64,000 nt of DNA from Escherichia phage ES12. The notes under the pieces were generated by a model. That model saw nothing but the letters and a program-made list of their open reading frames with translations, made no database searches and was not told the DNA's origin. Where the stretch lies: sequence record MN508614.1; one strand, written 5' to 3'. Below, piece by piece: positions 38,378 to 49,085 of the stretch (within the stretch, counting starts at the first letter, position 1; each line of letters starts with the position of its first letter). The translations under genes were made by a program, and so were the position numbers.

Positions 38378-38746
38378 TTAATTACCAATCGTATATTTAG
38401 GAACGAGTTTCCATTCATGTTTTTGTTTAAAAGAAATAACTCGGAAGTTATTAGTTAAATCTTTCATAAAAGTTCTTTGACCAGGAACGATTTCAATCAG
38501 TCCCCAATCTTCTAACAGCCATGCAATCGAATCACGACGAACTTCATCTTCTTCTGTCATTTCAACTTGACGGCCATCCATACGAAGCATTTCTTTAAAA
38601 TGAACGATATAGTATAGTCCTTTTTTCTGAAGAATATGACAGGACTGATACAGAACTTTATCTTTATTATTAGCAATTCCCATACGAGTCAAAGTTTCTT
38701 TTACTTTCAGAAAATCTTCAGGTTTTTTAAGAGTAATTTCAATCAT
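38378..38746 (-). CDS. regA: RegA translational repressor
   Basis: 122 aa, MIEITLKKPEDFLKVKETLTRMGIANNKDKVLYQSCHI...; matches T4 RegA. Confidence 0.95.
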   Translation of the reverse strand: MIEITLKKPEDFLKVKETLTRMGIANNKDKVLYQSCHILQKKGLYYIVHFKEMLRMDGRQVEMTEEDEVRRDSIAWLLEDWGLIEIVPGQRTFMKDLTNNFRVISFKQKHEWKLVPKYTIGN

Positions 38747-38747
38747 T

Positions 38748-39311
38748 TTACCATTCCAATGCTAGTTTTTTGAGTTGTTTCTGTTCTTTTACGTTCTTAG
38801 TCACTTCTTTCAAAAAATCATCCGTGACTAAACCTTTTAGTTCTTTTAATACTAAAGGAAGTTTTCCATTTTTAGTAAGAATTGATTTATAGTTAATTGC
38901 ATCATTTGTATTAACTTGATACCGCTTAGCAAGTAACTTAATAATCAATACTTCGGTGGAATCTTCAACCAGTTTTGCCCATTTACCATATCTTTTACCA
39001 CGAGGAACTGCAGCCATTAGATAATTAAAATGAGCTTCATCACTTAATCCAGAACCGATTAAATTCATAGCATATACAGCTGGCATGCACTCTGGAAATT
39101 GTGATAATGCATTTTCAACCATGAATTTTGAATAATCTTTTTGAGCAATAGAGCATTTAGTTTTATTATTAATAGCTCCAATTATTTCAAAAAATTCATT
39201 TTCAGCTTTTTCTTTAAAAGAATCAGCAGCGGATTGGACAGCTGTCCAATCTTTTGAATACCAAGCAACTTGATGCTCGTTTAATTGAATATCATCTTCA
39301 AATAAGCTCAT
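38748..39311 (-). CDS. 62: Clamp-loader subunit gp62
   Basis: 187 aa; length and position match T4 gp62. Confidence 0.95.
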   Translation of the reverse strand: MSLFEDDIQLNEHQVAWYSKDWTAVQSAADSFKEKAENEFFEIIGAINNKTKCSIAQKDYSKFMVENALSQFPECMPAVYAMNLIGSGLSDEAHFNYLMAAVPRGKRYGKWAKLVEDSTEVLIIKLLAKRYQVNTNDAINYKSILTKNGKLPLVLKELKGLVTDDFLKEVTKNVKEQKQLKKLALEW

Positions 39312-39312
39312 A

Positions 39313-40272
39313 TCACTTCCACTGCATTTCGCATGCTAATTGAATGAAAAGATAAGCTAAATGCAATTCAGTATTAGCTGCAATACCATGATACTGATTA
39401 TTTTCGCCTACAATTTCGTACATACGAATAATACTCTGCGGAGTTACACGTGAATAGATTTCTTCGGCAAGTTTACCAACGAACCACGAATAATCAGCTG
39501 CATATTTTGGTGCTAAAGCTCTGAGTTGTTTAACATCTTTATTTTTGAGAGACTCAAGAACATCATCAATAGCACCACGATCGTTAGTAACCAGTGATAA
39601 AATACCAGCATCCAAAACACCTTTAGATGAATAACTATCGAGCTCGCCAATAGTTTTACGAAAATCAGGAAAATTCTTTTTAACCAAAGCTGCTACAACT
39701 TTCATATCAGCTATAGCAATTCCTTCATGCTTACAGATTTCAGTCAATCGACGAATCATCTGCTTCATCATTTCAATTTTATCTTCATCGGTCGGTTGAC
39801 CGAACGTAATAACTCGGCAGCGTGACTGAAGTGGTTTAATAATACCATCAATATTGTTAGCAGTAATAATAATACTACAGTTTGAACTATAAGCTTCCAT
39901 AAAGGAACGAAGATGTCGCTGAGACTCTGCTAATCCTGAACGGTCAAATTCATCAATAACGATTACCTTTTGACGACCGTCAAATGAAGCTGCACTGGCA
40001 AAATTAGTCAAAGGACCACGAACGAAATCAATTTTACAATCTGATCCATTCACAAACATCATATCAGCATTTACATCATGACACAATGCTTTTGCTACAG
40101 TTGTTTTACCTGTTCCTGGAGAAGGAGAATGAAGAATAATATGTGGAATTTTACCTTTACTTGTAATAGATTTAAAGGTTTCTTTATCAAAGGCGGGAAG
40201 AATACATTCATCGATAGTAGATGGACGATATTTCTGTTCAAGAATGTGTTCTTTTTCATTTACAGTAATCAT
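39313..40272 (-). CDS. 44: Clamp-loader ATPase gp44
   Basis: 319 aa from MITVNEKEH... with GAGG SD; Walker A GTGKTT; the track ORF starts at an upstream TTG. Confidence 0.95.
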
Positions 40273-40299
40273 AATTTCCTCATTCAAGTTTTAGTGTAA

Positions 40300-40322
40300 A
40301 TTATAAAGGGCCGAAGCCCTTT
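40300..40322 (-). other. C(UUCG)G intercistronic hairpin between genes 45 and 44
   Basis: Minus-strand RNA AAGGGC-UUCG-GCCCUU. Confidence 0.4.
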
Positions 40323-40323
40323 A

Positions 40324-41010
40324 TTAAAAATCGTGAGTAGAATCAGCTTCAAGAGCTACTACATAATTCGCATGTTCACCTTCAAATTTAGCAGCACCTT
40401 GTTTACCTTTTGCCCAGAGCAGAAGTTTATAATTTCCTGGTTGCATTTTCATATTTGCCATATTGATAATGAAATTAAATGTATTTTCACCATCATAATC
40501 ACCAAGAGTCAAAGAATATTTAACACGGGTCAGAGCAGAATCTTCTACTTTATTAAAACCGTTAATTACGATTTTACCTTCTTTTACCGTGATAGCAATT
40601 GTATCAATTTGCAGACCACGAGATACGCGCAACAGTTGTTGAAGGTCTTCAGCTTTAATTTCGGTAACAACAGATGCTACCGGGAATGGAATTGGTTTAT
40701 TAGGAGCAACTACTGTACTCGGATCGGCTGCTGGCCAAAAAATTGTTGAGCGGGCATCAGCAATTTTAATATTTCCATCTTCTGACTGGGAAATTTCTGC
40801 ATCATCATTAACTAGAGACAGAATACCGAGAAAACCGTTCAAATCGTAAATTGCTACATCAAAATCAATAACGTCAGAAATATTTGCTTCCGCATAAGTT
40901 GTACCATTAACCGCGCGAGTCATAATAAATTGACCGGATTTAAGCATAATGCCAGAGTTAATAGTAGCGAAATTTTTCAAAATATTCAGTGTATCTTTAG
41001 ACAGTTTCAT
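40324..41010 (-). CDS. 45: Sliding clamp gp45
   Basis: 228 aa; matches T4 gp45 length and N-terminus MKLSKDTLNILK. Confidence 0.97.
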   Translation of the reverse strand: MKLSKDTLNILKNFATINSGIMLKSGQFIMTRAVNGTTYAEANISDVIDFDVAIYDLNGFLGILSLVNDDAEISQSEDGNIKIADARSTIFWPAADPSTVVAPNKPIPFPVASVVTEIKAEDLQQLLRVSRGLQIDTIAITVKEGKIVINGFNKVEDSALTRVKYSLTLGDYDGENTFNFIINMANMKMQPGNYKLLLWAKGKQGAAKFEGEHANYVVALEADSTHDF

Positions 41011-41065
41011 GTAATTTCCTTCAATTCAAATGAGATTTAATTTTATAACTAATTTAATAAAGCAA

Positions 41066-41455
41066 TTAACGATTAAAATCAGCCGCAATTGTTTCGGCAA
41101 CAATTTGAGCGGCAACAATCAGACGTTCATCTGCATTGCCACAATATTCATCTTCAAGGCGTTCACCACATGAAGTCATAATAAATTTAGCACCAGCGTT
41201 TAGGGATTCTGTAGTATGTTTGCGCATTAGTTCAATCCATTTATTACTTACTTCACGATCGATAGCTTCATAATACGCATGACGAGCAGGTGCAGATTTA
41301 ATTTTGTTCTGAATAACTTCCATTGCGTTATCAGAAAGAGACAAAACCCATGCTCGACGAATTTTATTTTGGTTTTGTGGATTTGATTCAGAACGCACGT
41401 GTTTTGGCTGAATATCTTTTACATCAACAGTATAATTCACAGTAATTTTAGTCAT
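41066..41455 (-). CDS. rpbA: RNA polymerase binding protein RpbA
   Basis: 129 aa at the T4 rpbA position between 45 and 46. Confidence 0.9.
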   Translation of the reverse strand: MTKITVNYTVDVKDIQPKHVRSESNPQNQNKIRRAWVLSLSDNAMEVIQNKIKSAPARHAYYEAIDREVSNKWIELMRKHTTESLNAGAKFIMTSCGERLEDEYCGNADERLIVAAQIVAETIAADFNR

Positions 41456-41464
41456 AATACACCT

Positions 41465-41653
41465 TTAGTCATAATAATCAGTAACAGTCCAAGCTTCATT
41501 TCTATTGGACATTATTTTTGTATATTCTGCTTTAAATGCATTCCTAAGCATAGATTCAGTAACTATATGCTCTTCATTAGAAAAATTATTTCTCAGAATA
41601 TATCGTTTTATTTCAGGAATAGTTAATAGATGCTGTCCAGTTGAATATTCCAT
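41465..41653 (-). CDS. Hypothetical protein, 62 aa (45.2 position)
   Basis: Minus-strand ORF between 46 and rpbA. Confidence 0.6.
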   Translation of the reverse strand: MEYSTGQHLLTIPEIKRYILRNNFSNEEHIVTESMLRNAFKAEYTKIMSNRNEAWTVTDYYD

Positions 41654-41708
41654 GTTTTTCCTCCATAGAGATTATACTCTAATAAATTAAAGCATAATCT
41701 CTTATAAA

Positions 41709-43391
41709 TTAAACCATTACAGTAAATCGACCAACTTTCTTCATTTGAAGATGCTGACCGTATTCTTGCGGGTCATGGTCTTTATGCGAAATTATAAAAA
41801 CATTAGTGTTTTTCATTGAATTTATAATATTAGCTACACCTTTAATACCTTCGGCATCAAATGACCCATCAAACACTTCATCGAGTATTAATGTACTAAT
41901 ACTAACACCAGATACAATAGAAGCAATATCACGCCAAGTAAATAAAAGAGCAATATCAATTCGCGCTTTTTCACCTTCACTAAATGAAGCATAACTAAAA
42001 TCTTCGCGACCACGGGATTTAATTGTCTCATTAAATTCTTCATCTAATGTAAACACATAATCCGCTTCCATTATTTTAAGATAATGGTTAATCTGCTTAT
42101 TAAATAATGGAATGTACTTTTTAATAATAGCACCTTTAATACCAGAATCTTTGAGCATATCAGTCAAAATTCCTCGGTGGTATTTTTCCATTACTAAATT
42201 AGTTTTTGTCTTAACAATTTTATCAAGTTCTTCTTGAAGCAGTGCTATTTCATCAGCATGGTCAATAAACTCAGAAGATGCTTTTTCTATAGCCGCTTTA
42301 ACTTTTTTAGCTTTATCTACCGTCGTGATTAGAGATTGCTTTTTATTGCGGATATCATTTGCCAACGACTGTTGGGTTTTAATATTATCTCGGTATTCAT
42401 CAACAAGAACTTTTAAATTATCACGATGCGTTGAAAGCTGTTCAAATGAATGTGTGCATTCAGAAACTTTATCTTTAATTTTAGAAACAACTTTATCACC
42501 GGAACTTAATTGTGACAAACAGGTTGGGCATAATCCACCTTCGTGATACATATTAATGACTTTATTATACGAGTCAATTTTTGATTTAATTAAAACTGCT
42601 TCTTGACCGATTTTATTAAATGCATCAGTCGGGTCTTCGTCTAAAACAATATTAACTAATCTTTCATTAGCTTCTTCTATTTCCGATTTTAGCGTTCTAG
42701 CTTCTTTTGCCAAATCATCATACATATTTTGCAGACGAGTAAGGTTGTCACCCGTTAATTTTTTCTGGCGTTCAACGTTATCATTATATATTTTAATTTG
42801 TTGGATAATACTATCTTTTTTAACATCAAGCACTTGGTTTTGTGAATTTAATTCACGTATTAGTGCTTTATTAAGCTTATCCATTTCAGCTAATGTTCCT
42901 ACCTCAAGCAGGTCTTCCACAAGCTTTCTTCGCGCAGGGGTCGACAAACCCATGAAAGGGGTATACCCTGCTGTACCAAGGACAACAATCTGCTTGAAAC
43001 TGGCATATGACATTCCGATAAGCTGTTCAAATTCTGCTTGGAAATCTTTACTGCTGGCAGATTCATTAAGACGTGTACCGTTAACGGTGATTTCGAAAAC
43101 GTTTGGTTTTTGTCCTCTTTTGATATAGTACTTTTTCTCATCATATTCCATCCACAGTTCAACTAAAAGTTCTTTCTTATTTGTGCTGTTTATTAATTGG
43201 CCTTTCTTTACATCACGAAATGGCTTGCCAAAAAGCCCAAATGTGATGGCTTCTAACATAGTAGACTTACCACCGCCATTTCGTCCAGTAATAAGAGTTT
43301 TTTGAACCTTATCTAATTGAATGTCAATCCCATTTTGACCAACTGACATTATATTTTTATATTTTACTCTATTAAGTTTAAAATTCTTCAC
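41709..43391 (-). CDS. 46: Recombination nuclease subunit gp46 (Rad50/SbcC-like)
   Basis: 560 aa, Walker A GRNGGGKST, central coiled coil, signature/Walker B at the C-terminus. Confidence 0.95.
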   Translation of the reverse strand: MKNFKLNRVKYKNIMSVGQNGIDIQLDKVQKTLITGRNGGGKSTMLEAITFGLFGKPFRDVKKGQLINSTNKKELLVELWMEYDEKKYYIKRGQKPNVFEITVNGTRLNESASSKDFQAEFEQLIGMSYASFKQIVVLGTAGYTPFMGLSTPARRKLVEDLLEVGTLAEMDKLNKALIRELNSQNQVLDVKKDSIIQQIKIYNDNVERQKKLTGDNLTRLQNMYDDLAKEARTLKSEIEEANERLVNIVLDEDPTDAFNKIGQEAVLIKSKIDSYNKVINMYHEGGLCPTCLSQLSSGDKVVSKIKDKVSECTHSFEQLSTHRDNLKVLVDEYRDNIKTQQSLANDIRNKKQSLITTVDKAKKVKAAIEKASSEFIDHADEIALLQEELDKIVKTKTNLVMEKYHRGILTDMLKDSGIKGAIIKKYIPLFNKQINHYLKIMEADYVFTLDEEFNETIKSRGREDFSYASFSEGEKARIDIALLFTWRDIASIVSGVSISTLILDEVFDGSFDAEGIKGVANIINSMKNTNVFIISHKDHDPQEYGQHLQMKKVGRFTVMV

Positions 43392-43651
43392 AAAAGATTC
43401 CTTTTAATGTATCTTTTAGACCATTCTATCATATCATCATAATCTAAAAAGTATTCATCAAATTCAGCCATGCAAACAACACCTTGTGCTGTTTTTGATG
43501 TAATATAAATTATTCCAACATATCTAGAATCTTCTTCGGTATAATCAATGTTTGCTATGAATTCATCATTAATGTCAAATGTCGAAAACTTCACAGTATG
43601 CATCCTTAATACAAGATACAGCCATATCTTGTAATGATTTAGGTGTGTCAT
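43388..43651 (-). CDS. Hypothetical protein, 87 aa (46.1 position)
   Basis: Minus-strand ORF, 4-nt overlap with the gene 46 start. Confidence 0.55.
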   Translation of the reverse strand: MTHLNHYKIWLYLVLRMHTVKFSTFDINDEFIANIDYTEEDSRYVGIIYITSKTAQGVVCMAEFDEYFLDYDDMIEWSKRYIKRNLL

Positions 43652-43838
43652 TATCTAAAATGTTGAAGTTAAAAGATACAGCCCAGTCAGTGCAGACTGT
43701 AACCTTTTTAATACAATTATCTTCAACCTCTAACGGTTCAAACCAATATTCAATAATTTCTTTATGCCCAATATCATCTTTTACTTCGCATTCAAAATGC
43801 TGACTCATCATAACATTTTTAAATTCATCAAAAGTCAT
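43575..43838 (-). CDS. Hypothetical protein, 87 aa (46.2 position)
   Basis: Minus-strand ORF overlapping the gene 47 stop. Confidence 0.5.
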   Translation of the reverse strand: MTFDEFKNVMMSQHFECEVKDDIGHKEIIEYWFEPLEVEDNCIKKVTVCTDWAVSFNFNILDNDTPKSLQDMAVSCIKDAYCEVFDI

Positions 43839-44854
43839 TGTGTTGCCTCTACATATAGCTGATTTGCATATTGAATAAGTGCTTCACGATCAGAATCAGT
43901 GATGTCTGGAATTGCATTAATATACTCTTCCATTAATGTCTGAAGCGATTGAACTTCAACTTCTTCACTGTCATCTGACTCGACAGAGTTATCAATCTTT
44001 GACACAACTCGTAACGAATGCACAACTTTCTCTAGTTCAGATTCGAACTTCGTCAGATTTTTGTCTACTTCAGTTACTATAACACGTACTGATAGATTTG
44101 TAAAATCTTTATAGTCAATTTTTCCTTTAAATGGATAATGAATTCTACGATGCCAGGTAGTATTGTTTGGAATAAATTCCATTCGTTCTGTTTCTGTATC
44201 AAACATCCAGAACCCACGAGGGTCATTCTCGTCACCTGCAGTTAGTGTCCATGGTGTCCCAATATATCTGACGTTTGCAGCCTCAGAGATAGTATGGAAG
44301 TGACCAGACCACACTTCTTTATAAGTCTTAAGGAAATCAGGTTCAAGACCGTGAGATTTCATTCCTTTATAAAAATAAAATCCGTTCAGTTCCCAGTGAC
44401 CAACGCAAAAAGAAGCAGATGAAGTTTTGATGTGTTCAAGAATTTCACCAGTATTTTCTTCACACATCCAAGGAATTAAATCAATTAAACATCCGTCAAA
44501 ATCTACTGTAGTAGGCTTATCATATACTTTAACATTAGGATATTTAGCCAAAAGCTCAGTAGAGGCATTTGGAGTTAAAGTATTTTTAAAGTGCATATCA
44601 TGGTTTCCTACAACAGTATGTAGGGTAATACCAGCATCATCAAGCATTTGAACTATTTCACGAGCGAACTCCATAGTTTTATGCGTGATTGCTTTTCGCA
44701 CATCAAAAATATCGCCGTATTGAATCCAGGTAGTAATTCCATTTTTCTTAGAATATTCTATTGCTTGTTTAATTCCATCCAACTGAATGGATTGAACCCA
44801 CTCATCATCGGCTTTAACGCCTAAATGCCAATCACCTAAATTTAAAATTTTCAT
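43835..44854 (-). CDS. 47: Recombination nuclease subunit gp47 (Mre11/SbcD-like)
   Basis: 339 aa, calcineurin-like phosphoesterase motifs (GDWHLG, GNHD). Confidence 0.95.
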   Translation of the reverse strand: MKILNLGDWHLGVKADDEWVQSIQLDGIKQAIEYSKKNGITTWIQYGDIFDVRKAITHKTMEFAREIVQMLDDAGITLHTVVGNHDMHFKNTLTPNASTELLAKYPNVKVYDKPTTVDFDGCLIDLIPWMCEENTGEILEHIKTSSASFCVGHWELNGFYFYKGMKSHGLEPDFLKTYKEVWSGHFHTISEAANVRYIGTPWTLTAGDENDPRGFWMFDTETERMEFIPNNTTWHRRIHYPFKGKIDYKDFTNLSVRVIVTEVDKNLTKFESELEKVVHSLRVVSKIDNSVESDDSEEVEVQSLQTLMEEYINAIPDITDSDREALIQYANQLYVEATQ

Positions 44855-44984
44855 ATATCAAGAACCGTCATTGAAATGCAAAATAAAATTATTGAAATAA
44901 ACCCATCTGGCGTGCTAAAGAACCCAATCCAACATGCTCTAGTGAATAGATAAAATGCAAGAAAAAGTATCACATATCCAAGAA

Positions 44985-45028
44985 ATATCATTATATCAAA
45001 CTCCGTATAAAGCTAAAGGGCCGAAGCC
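44985..45028 (-). promoter_or_regulatory. UUCG hairpin plus MotA-box middle promoter upstream of gene 47
   Basis: Minus-strand RNA AAGGGC-UUCG-GCCCUU then AGCTTTA-(12)-TATAAT. Confidence 0.4.
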
Positions 45029-45030
45029 CT

Positions 45031-46233
45031 TTATTTTGTAATAATGTCAAACTGTTCTTTAAAGCAGAAGCTTGAATCTTGATGCTGATACAAAAATTCA
45101 TAAGCTTTTTCGCGTTCACGGTCATAAAGAGTTCGGTCAGATGACAGTTCTTTAATACGTTCAAATGTTGATTCCATGTCATTTTCATCAAACCAAATGA
45201 TACCGCTATCATGTGAGGTCAAAGGAGTATTATCAACACGGAATTTTAAATTTTCGCCAGTAGATTTCCAAAATACCGGAATTGTTCCACATGCACCAAG
45301 CTCGAGATGAGTATATTCTAAAGAACGTTGTAGATATTTTTTGTCCAACTTACTCAGCTGATAACCAAATCCGGATTTACTCATGCGTTCAAGCATTTCG
45401 CTATTTACATAACGGTCAAGAATTTGCGTTGGCAAATTAGGAGCAATTTTAATTTGGTCTACTTGATGAAGACGATAATACTCGTATGGAATTCCTTTTT
45501 CTTTAATAGGAATGAACGCTGGAGAACGTTCCAGACCTTCCATAATAGTACTTAGTCCTGCAGGTTTAAGATGTTTTTCGTGAAAATCAAACATCTGATA
45601 AAAACCTTTCCATGTAGTCGTACGACCAATCCAACGGTTGACATTCATGTTAATTTCAGAAACATCTTTCCAGTAGGTTGACCGAACCTTCGCAATATCC
45701 ATAGGAGGCTGAAAGTTATATACTGTCGGTGCTTCTTCAATATCATCAAACAGAGAAACAGTTTCTGGATACCATTCTTTCATCAGAACTTTATTAAAAT
45801 CACCATTATCAGAATGGCTAAAAATAACATCAGCTCGACGAACAGTTTCTTCTAATCCCAAATTTCGACGCAAAGAAAGAGAAGAATGGTCATGCTGATA
45901 AACTACAACACGAACCGAAGGTTTAATGTTATCAATAATTTTTTTATAGTTATTAATAGTGTCTTCTTCAACCGAAGTAGCAGGAACTGAATTGATAATT
46001 AGAATATCACAATCATTTACCAGCTTAAGTGTTTTATCATATTCTTTTGCCAATAAAACCGGAATTGAAAATGATTTATAATCATGCGCGCAATTACGAG
46101 TAAATGATTTATCTTTAGCATAAACCAAAGTCACTTCATGACCATTTTTAATAAACCAATCACGTTGCTCGAGTGAGAATTTTGTTACACCACAACCTTC
46201 AAGACCTCGAGCCATAAAAATACATACTTTCAT
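45031..46233 (-). CDS. a-gt: DNA alpha-glucosyltransferase
   Basis: 400 aa, ...CIFMARGLEGCGVTKFSLEQRDWFIKNGHEVTLVYAKDKSF... matches remembered T4 AGT. Confidence 0.95.
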   Translation of the reverse strand: MKVCIFMARGLEGCGVTKFSLEQRDWFIKNGHEVTLVYAKDKSFTRNCAHDYKSFSIPVLLAKEYDKTLKLVNDCDILIINSVPATSVEEDTINNYKKIIDNIKPSVRVVVYQHDHSSLSLRRNLGLEETVRRADVIFSHSDNGDFNKVLMKEWYPETVSLFDDIEEAPTVYNFQPPMDIAKVRSTYWKDVSEINMNVNRWIGRTTTWKGFYQMFDFHEKHLKPAGLSTIMEGLERSPAFIPIKEKGIPYEYYRLHQVDQIKIAPNLPTQILDRYVNSEMLERMSKSGFGYQLSKLDKKYLQRSLEYTHLELGACGTIPVFWKSTGENLKFRVDNTPLTSHDSGIIWFDENDMESTFERIKELSSDRTLYDREREKAYEFLYQHQDSSFCFKEQFDIITK

Positions 46234-46244
46234 TTAATATCCTC

Positions 46245-46296
46245 TTTGTTTTGGTTTATTTTACCAAAAATTTATAAAGCAATATAGGAGCCGAAG
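46245..46296 (-). promoter_or_regulatory. Terminator hairpin plus MotA-box middle promoter for a-gt
   Basis: Minus-strand RNA UAGGAGC-UUCG-GCUCCUA, then TTGCTTTA-(12)-TAAAAT and SD AAGAGGA. Confidence 0.45.
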
Positions 46297-46476
46297 CTCC
46301 TATCCGCATAATACGCCATACAGAGGCTCGTTAGAACTTTTAAATTTTATGCGCTTATATTTTATAGTTCCTTCTGCTTTAGCTTTATCATGAGACTCTT
46401 TAAAGCGTCTCATCATTTCCTCTTTAGAGGAACGAATTTTATTATAATCTATTTCAGAAGTCTGGGTGTTCATCTT

Positions 46477-46683
46477 TCATAGTTGCCACCATTTTTTGAC
46501 TTGATAGGAATCAACCCACACTTTCATATTAGGGTCTGCTCTTACAATAGGAGGATTAACTTCTTTAATTGAACTATCATGGTATTCTTTTTCAGAAATT
46601 TTCACACAAAGATGACCATTCAAAGATTCAGTAAATCCTGCATTAATTTTAAGACGCTTGAATTTTACGTGTGTAAGCATCAA
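46477..46683 (-). CDS. Hypothetical protein, 68 aa
   Basis: Minus-strand ORF between gene 55 and a-gt. Confidence 0.45.
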   Translation of the reverse strand: MMLTHVKFKRLKINAGFTESLNGHLCVKISEKEYHDSSIKEVNPPIVRADPNMKVWVDSYQVKKWWQL

Positions 46684-46966
46684 TCATATCCTCAATTTGC
46701 GATCTAGTAGTCTTCCAAAGAATACTGATGAGTTCATCGTTATATGGCTGTTTTAGAATATCCCGACTTTTCTTGATAGCATATTCGTATTGAGCAAAAT
46801 TATTGTTTTCAGCTGCGATCTGAGCGTGCTTATAAAGACGATTCAGTTCGCGTTTGTTTTTAGACAATAACTTATTTGCTTTTCTTTCTGCTTCAAGACG
46901 GTTCTTTTCTTCAATAGAAGAAATAAGCTTTTCCACTTCATCATTAATTTCGGGTTTATCAGTCAT
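46649..46966 (-). CDS. Hypothetical protein, 105 aa
   Basis: Charged helical ORF, minus strand. Confidence 0.55.
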   Translation of the reverse strand: MTDKPEINDEVEKLISSIEEKNRLEAERKANKLLSKNKRELNRLYKHAQIAAENNNFAQYEYAIKKSRDILKQPYNDELISILWKTTRSQIEDMIDAYTRKIQAS

Positions 46967-46967
46967 A

Positions 46968-47186
46968 TTATTTCTCTAATATAAAATAAAAATCATCATC
47001 TGTTAAATGATACCGATAGTTTAATTCTACACCATTAGATTTAAAAGCGGTATCATACGGATTTTCTGGATCAATATCAATGTCAAGAGCTAAAACTTCC
47101 CTGAGATACATTTTAAGTAAATAGGGAATAGCTTCAACTTCAGGTATTTCTTCCAAGAATCCGGAGAGGTTAATCGTTAGCCTCAT
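46968..47186 (-). CDS. Hypothetical protein, 72 aa
   Basis: Minus-strand ORF overlapping the gene 55 stop. Confidence 0.55.
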
Positions 47187-47733
47187 ATAAAAAATCCAAA
47201 CTAGGAGAATCGTCTACAACACTTTTCTTTTCAGCCCCCGGTGTTCTATAGGTTGATTCTTCGTAATGCGTCATTTTATCGTAGATGTCTTGAATAAAAG
47301 TTTCATCTACTAACGCAACCATATCGTCGTCACGACTGTCATAGACATTGTGAACGAAGTAACTATATTTCTTTGCAACTTCCTTACGTTCTTTTTTAAT
47401 ACGCTGGACGAATGCATTAAAACAAGCTTGAGTTATATACGCATGTGGGTTTTTATATTTCGTTTCATCAAAATTATGAAGCCCCTTAATAGAAGCTTCT
47501 ATACCATCTGCAATCATTTCTTGTTTCCAAGACTGGGTGTATCCTGAAAAGTTGAAACGTTTAGATAAGCCTTCTGCAATAAGCATAATGGCTAATCCGA
47601 TAGTATCATTCTGACGAACTACTTTATTTGGGTCTTTATTATTTGCTAATTCTGTTTTCCAATCAATAATAGCTTGTAAAAGCTCTTTATTGTTTACGTA
47701 ATTATATTTAGGCTTAGTTTCTGACATTTTCAC
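47170..47733 (-). CDS. 55: Late sigma factor gp55
   Basis: Sequence after the first two residues ([23 protein letters not shown]...) matches T4 gp55 (185 aa); the track ORF starts at an upstream alternative codon; exact start uncertain by a few nt. Confidence 0.9.
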
Positions 47734-47805
47734 CTCTTAGCTCAATTCATAGATCTATTATATCATAATATTTGAAGATCTATCTTAAAGCATAGAGGAT
47801 ATCAG

Positions 47806-48075
47806 TTATCTAAGTAAACAGTATGCTTGGAACACTTTTTCCATCATCTTTTTAAATTCATGAATATCTATGTAATGACTAGTTAAATCAGCATGATATA
47901 AAAAGTCTAAAAACTTTTCATGTGTACTAACATATTCACTTTCATTTAATTCAGAAACATGGCTTTCCCAATATCCAACACCAGTCTTATTTGGGAAAAA
48001 TGAAATTTTCATGTATTGGTCAACATAGAAAATGCCATAATTTTCAATAGTAATAGAAATATTAATAAATTTCAT
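47806..48075 (-). CDS. Hypothetical protein, 89 aa
   Basis: Minus-strand ORF in the gene 55-nrdH interval. Confidence 0.55.
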   Translation of the reverse strand: MKFINISITIENYGIFYVDQYMKISFFPNKTGVGYWESHVSELNESEYVSTHEKFLDFLYHADLTSHYIDIHEFKKMMEKVFQAYCLLR

Positions 48076-48287
48076 ACATTCATCAACTTAGCCGCTTCAA
48101 GAGCTGCATCTAATGAATCAAATTGATCAACATATTCAATCAATTCGCCGTAATTGGCATATAACCACCATTGGCTAAATTCATACTCAAGGATGAATCC
48201 GTTTCCTTCAATTTGAGTTAAACCAATGCCATTTGTATTTACTTCATACCCAGCAAGACGTAAATCGTTAATAAGAGCTTCGTTCAT
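48072..48287 (-). CDS. Hypothetical protein, 71 aa
   Basis: Minus-strand ORF, 4-nt overlap with the downstream gene. Confidence 0.55.
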   Translation of the reverse strand: MNEALINDLRLAGYEVNTNGIGLTQIEGNGFILEYEFSQWWLYANYGELIEYVDQFDSLDAALEAAKLMNV

Positions 48288-48289
48288 AA

Positions 48290-48616
48290 TTATACCTTAG
48301 TAATTTTCAGGTCTGCAAATTTTTTCTTGCGTTGATTTTTCATGCGACGAATAGTTTTATCGGAAATTTCATGCTTTTGATAAGCTTTAGATTCTACGCC
48401 AAAAGCTTTAACATCAAATTCCGACAAGATATATTGAACCAGCAATTCACGGACAGTATTACGTCCAATCTTCTGATCATTCTGTTTCATCGTCTGATGA
48501 AGCTCTTTTTCCCATTTATCCAAAATTTGAGGAGTTACAATATCGCCTTTTTCTAGCAAAGAAACTACTTTATCATATGCGTAAGAATTAATGACGTTTT
48601 TAATTTGAATAGTCAT
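48290..48616 (-). CDS. Hypothetical protein, 108 aa, basic C-terminus
   Basis: C-terminal RRMKNQRKKKFADLK suggests nucleic-acid binding. Confidence 0.55.
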   Translation of the reverse strand: MTIQIKNVINSYAYDKVVSLLEKGDIVTPQILDKWEKELHQTMKQNDQKIGRNTVRELLVQYILSEFDVKAFGVESKAYQKHEISDKTIRRMKNQRKKKFADLKITKV

Positions 48617-48651
48617 ACATTATCCTCAATTACGTTAAAATTTTATTATCC

Positions 48652-48670
48652 AAAAAGGGCCGAAGCCCTT
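48652..48670 (-). terminator. C(UUCG)G hairpin terminator
   Basis: Minus-strand RNA AAGGGC-UUCG-GCCCUU followed by UUUUGG. Confidence 0.45.
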
Positions 48671-48869
48671 AGCTAAACTTTTTGGCACCCTTCCAGCCTT
48701 CATACATCATTGCGGCTGATATTAATATTGCTCCTGAGCAACTTGAATATTTGTGATTCCAAAACCAGTTTAGAAAAACTTCGTCATCAATACCTTGTGC
48801 TATCATATTTTCAAAGAACTGACGACGAGCTTCGGCAATTCGCTGCGATAATTTAGATTCAGGATTCAT
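48669..48869 (-). CDS. Hypothetical protein, 66 aa
   Basis: Minus-strand ORF. Confidence 0.5.
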   Translation of the reverse strand: MNPESKLSQRIAEARRQFFENMIAQGIDDEVFLNWFWNHKYSSCSGAILISAAMMYEGWKGAKKFS

Positions 48870-49085
48870 TTAAATTTCCCAATTACCATTTTCATCAATG
48901 AATTTAATCCAGTCATTTACTGACCACTTAGTTGTATCGCCTTTTGGAGTAACATTTAAAGTATATAGCCCTTGCTTAAAAAGCATTCGTTTGATATTCA
49001 TAATTTCCTCAGCTGTAACGATAACACTCGTTTGATTTACGTTTAGCAACTCGTTGAGAAGTATTATAATCAAAATCATCGTCAA
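48870..49085 (-). CDS. Hypothetical protein, 71 aa
   Basis: Hydrophobic N-terminus (MTMILIIILLNELL); overlaps the upstream ORF, so the true start is uncertain. Confidence 0.45.
   Translation of the reverse strand: MTMILIIILLNELLNVNQTSVIVTAEEIMNIKRMLFKQGLYTLNVTPKGDTTKWSVNDWIKFIDENGNWEI

Noticed and set aside
44991-45212. 73-aa minus-strand ORF bridging the gene 47 / a-gt intergenic region
   Set aside because: It reads across the UUCG hairpin and middle promoter and overlaps the 3' end of a-gt in another frame.
47701-47733. Apparent 1-nt mismatch between my reading of the sequence and the track translation at the gp55 N-terminus
   Set aside because: Most likely my own reading error; track coordinates were kept for gp55 and starts are flagged as uncertain by a few nt.
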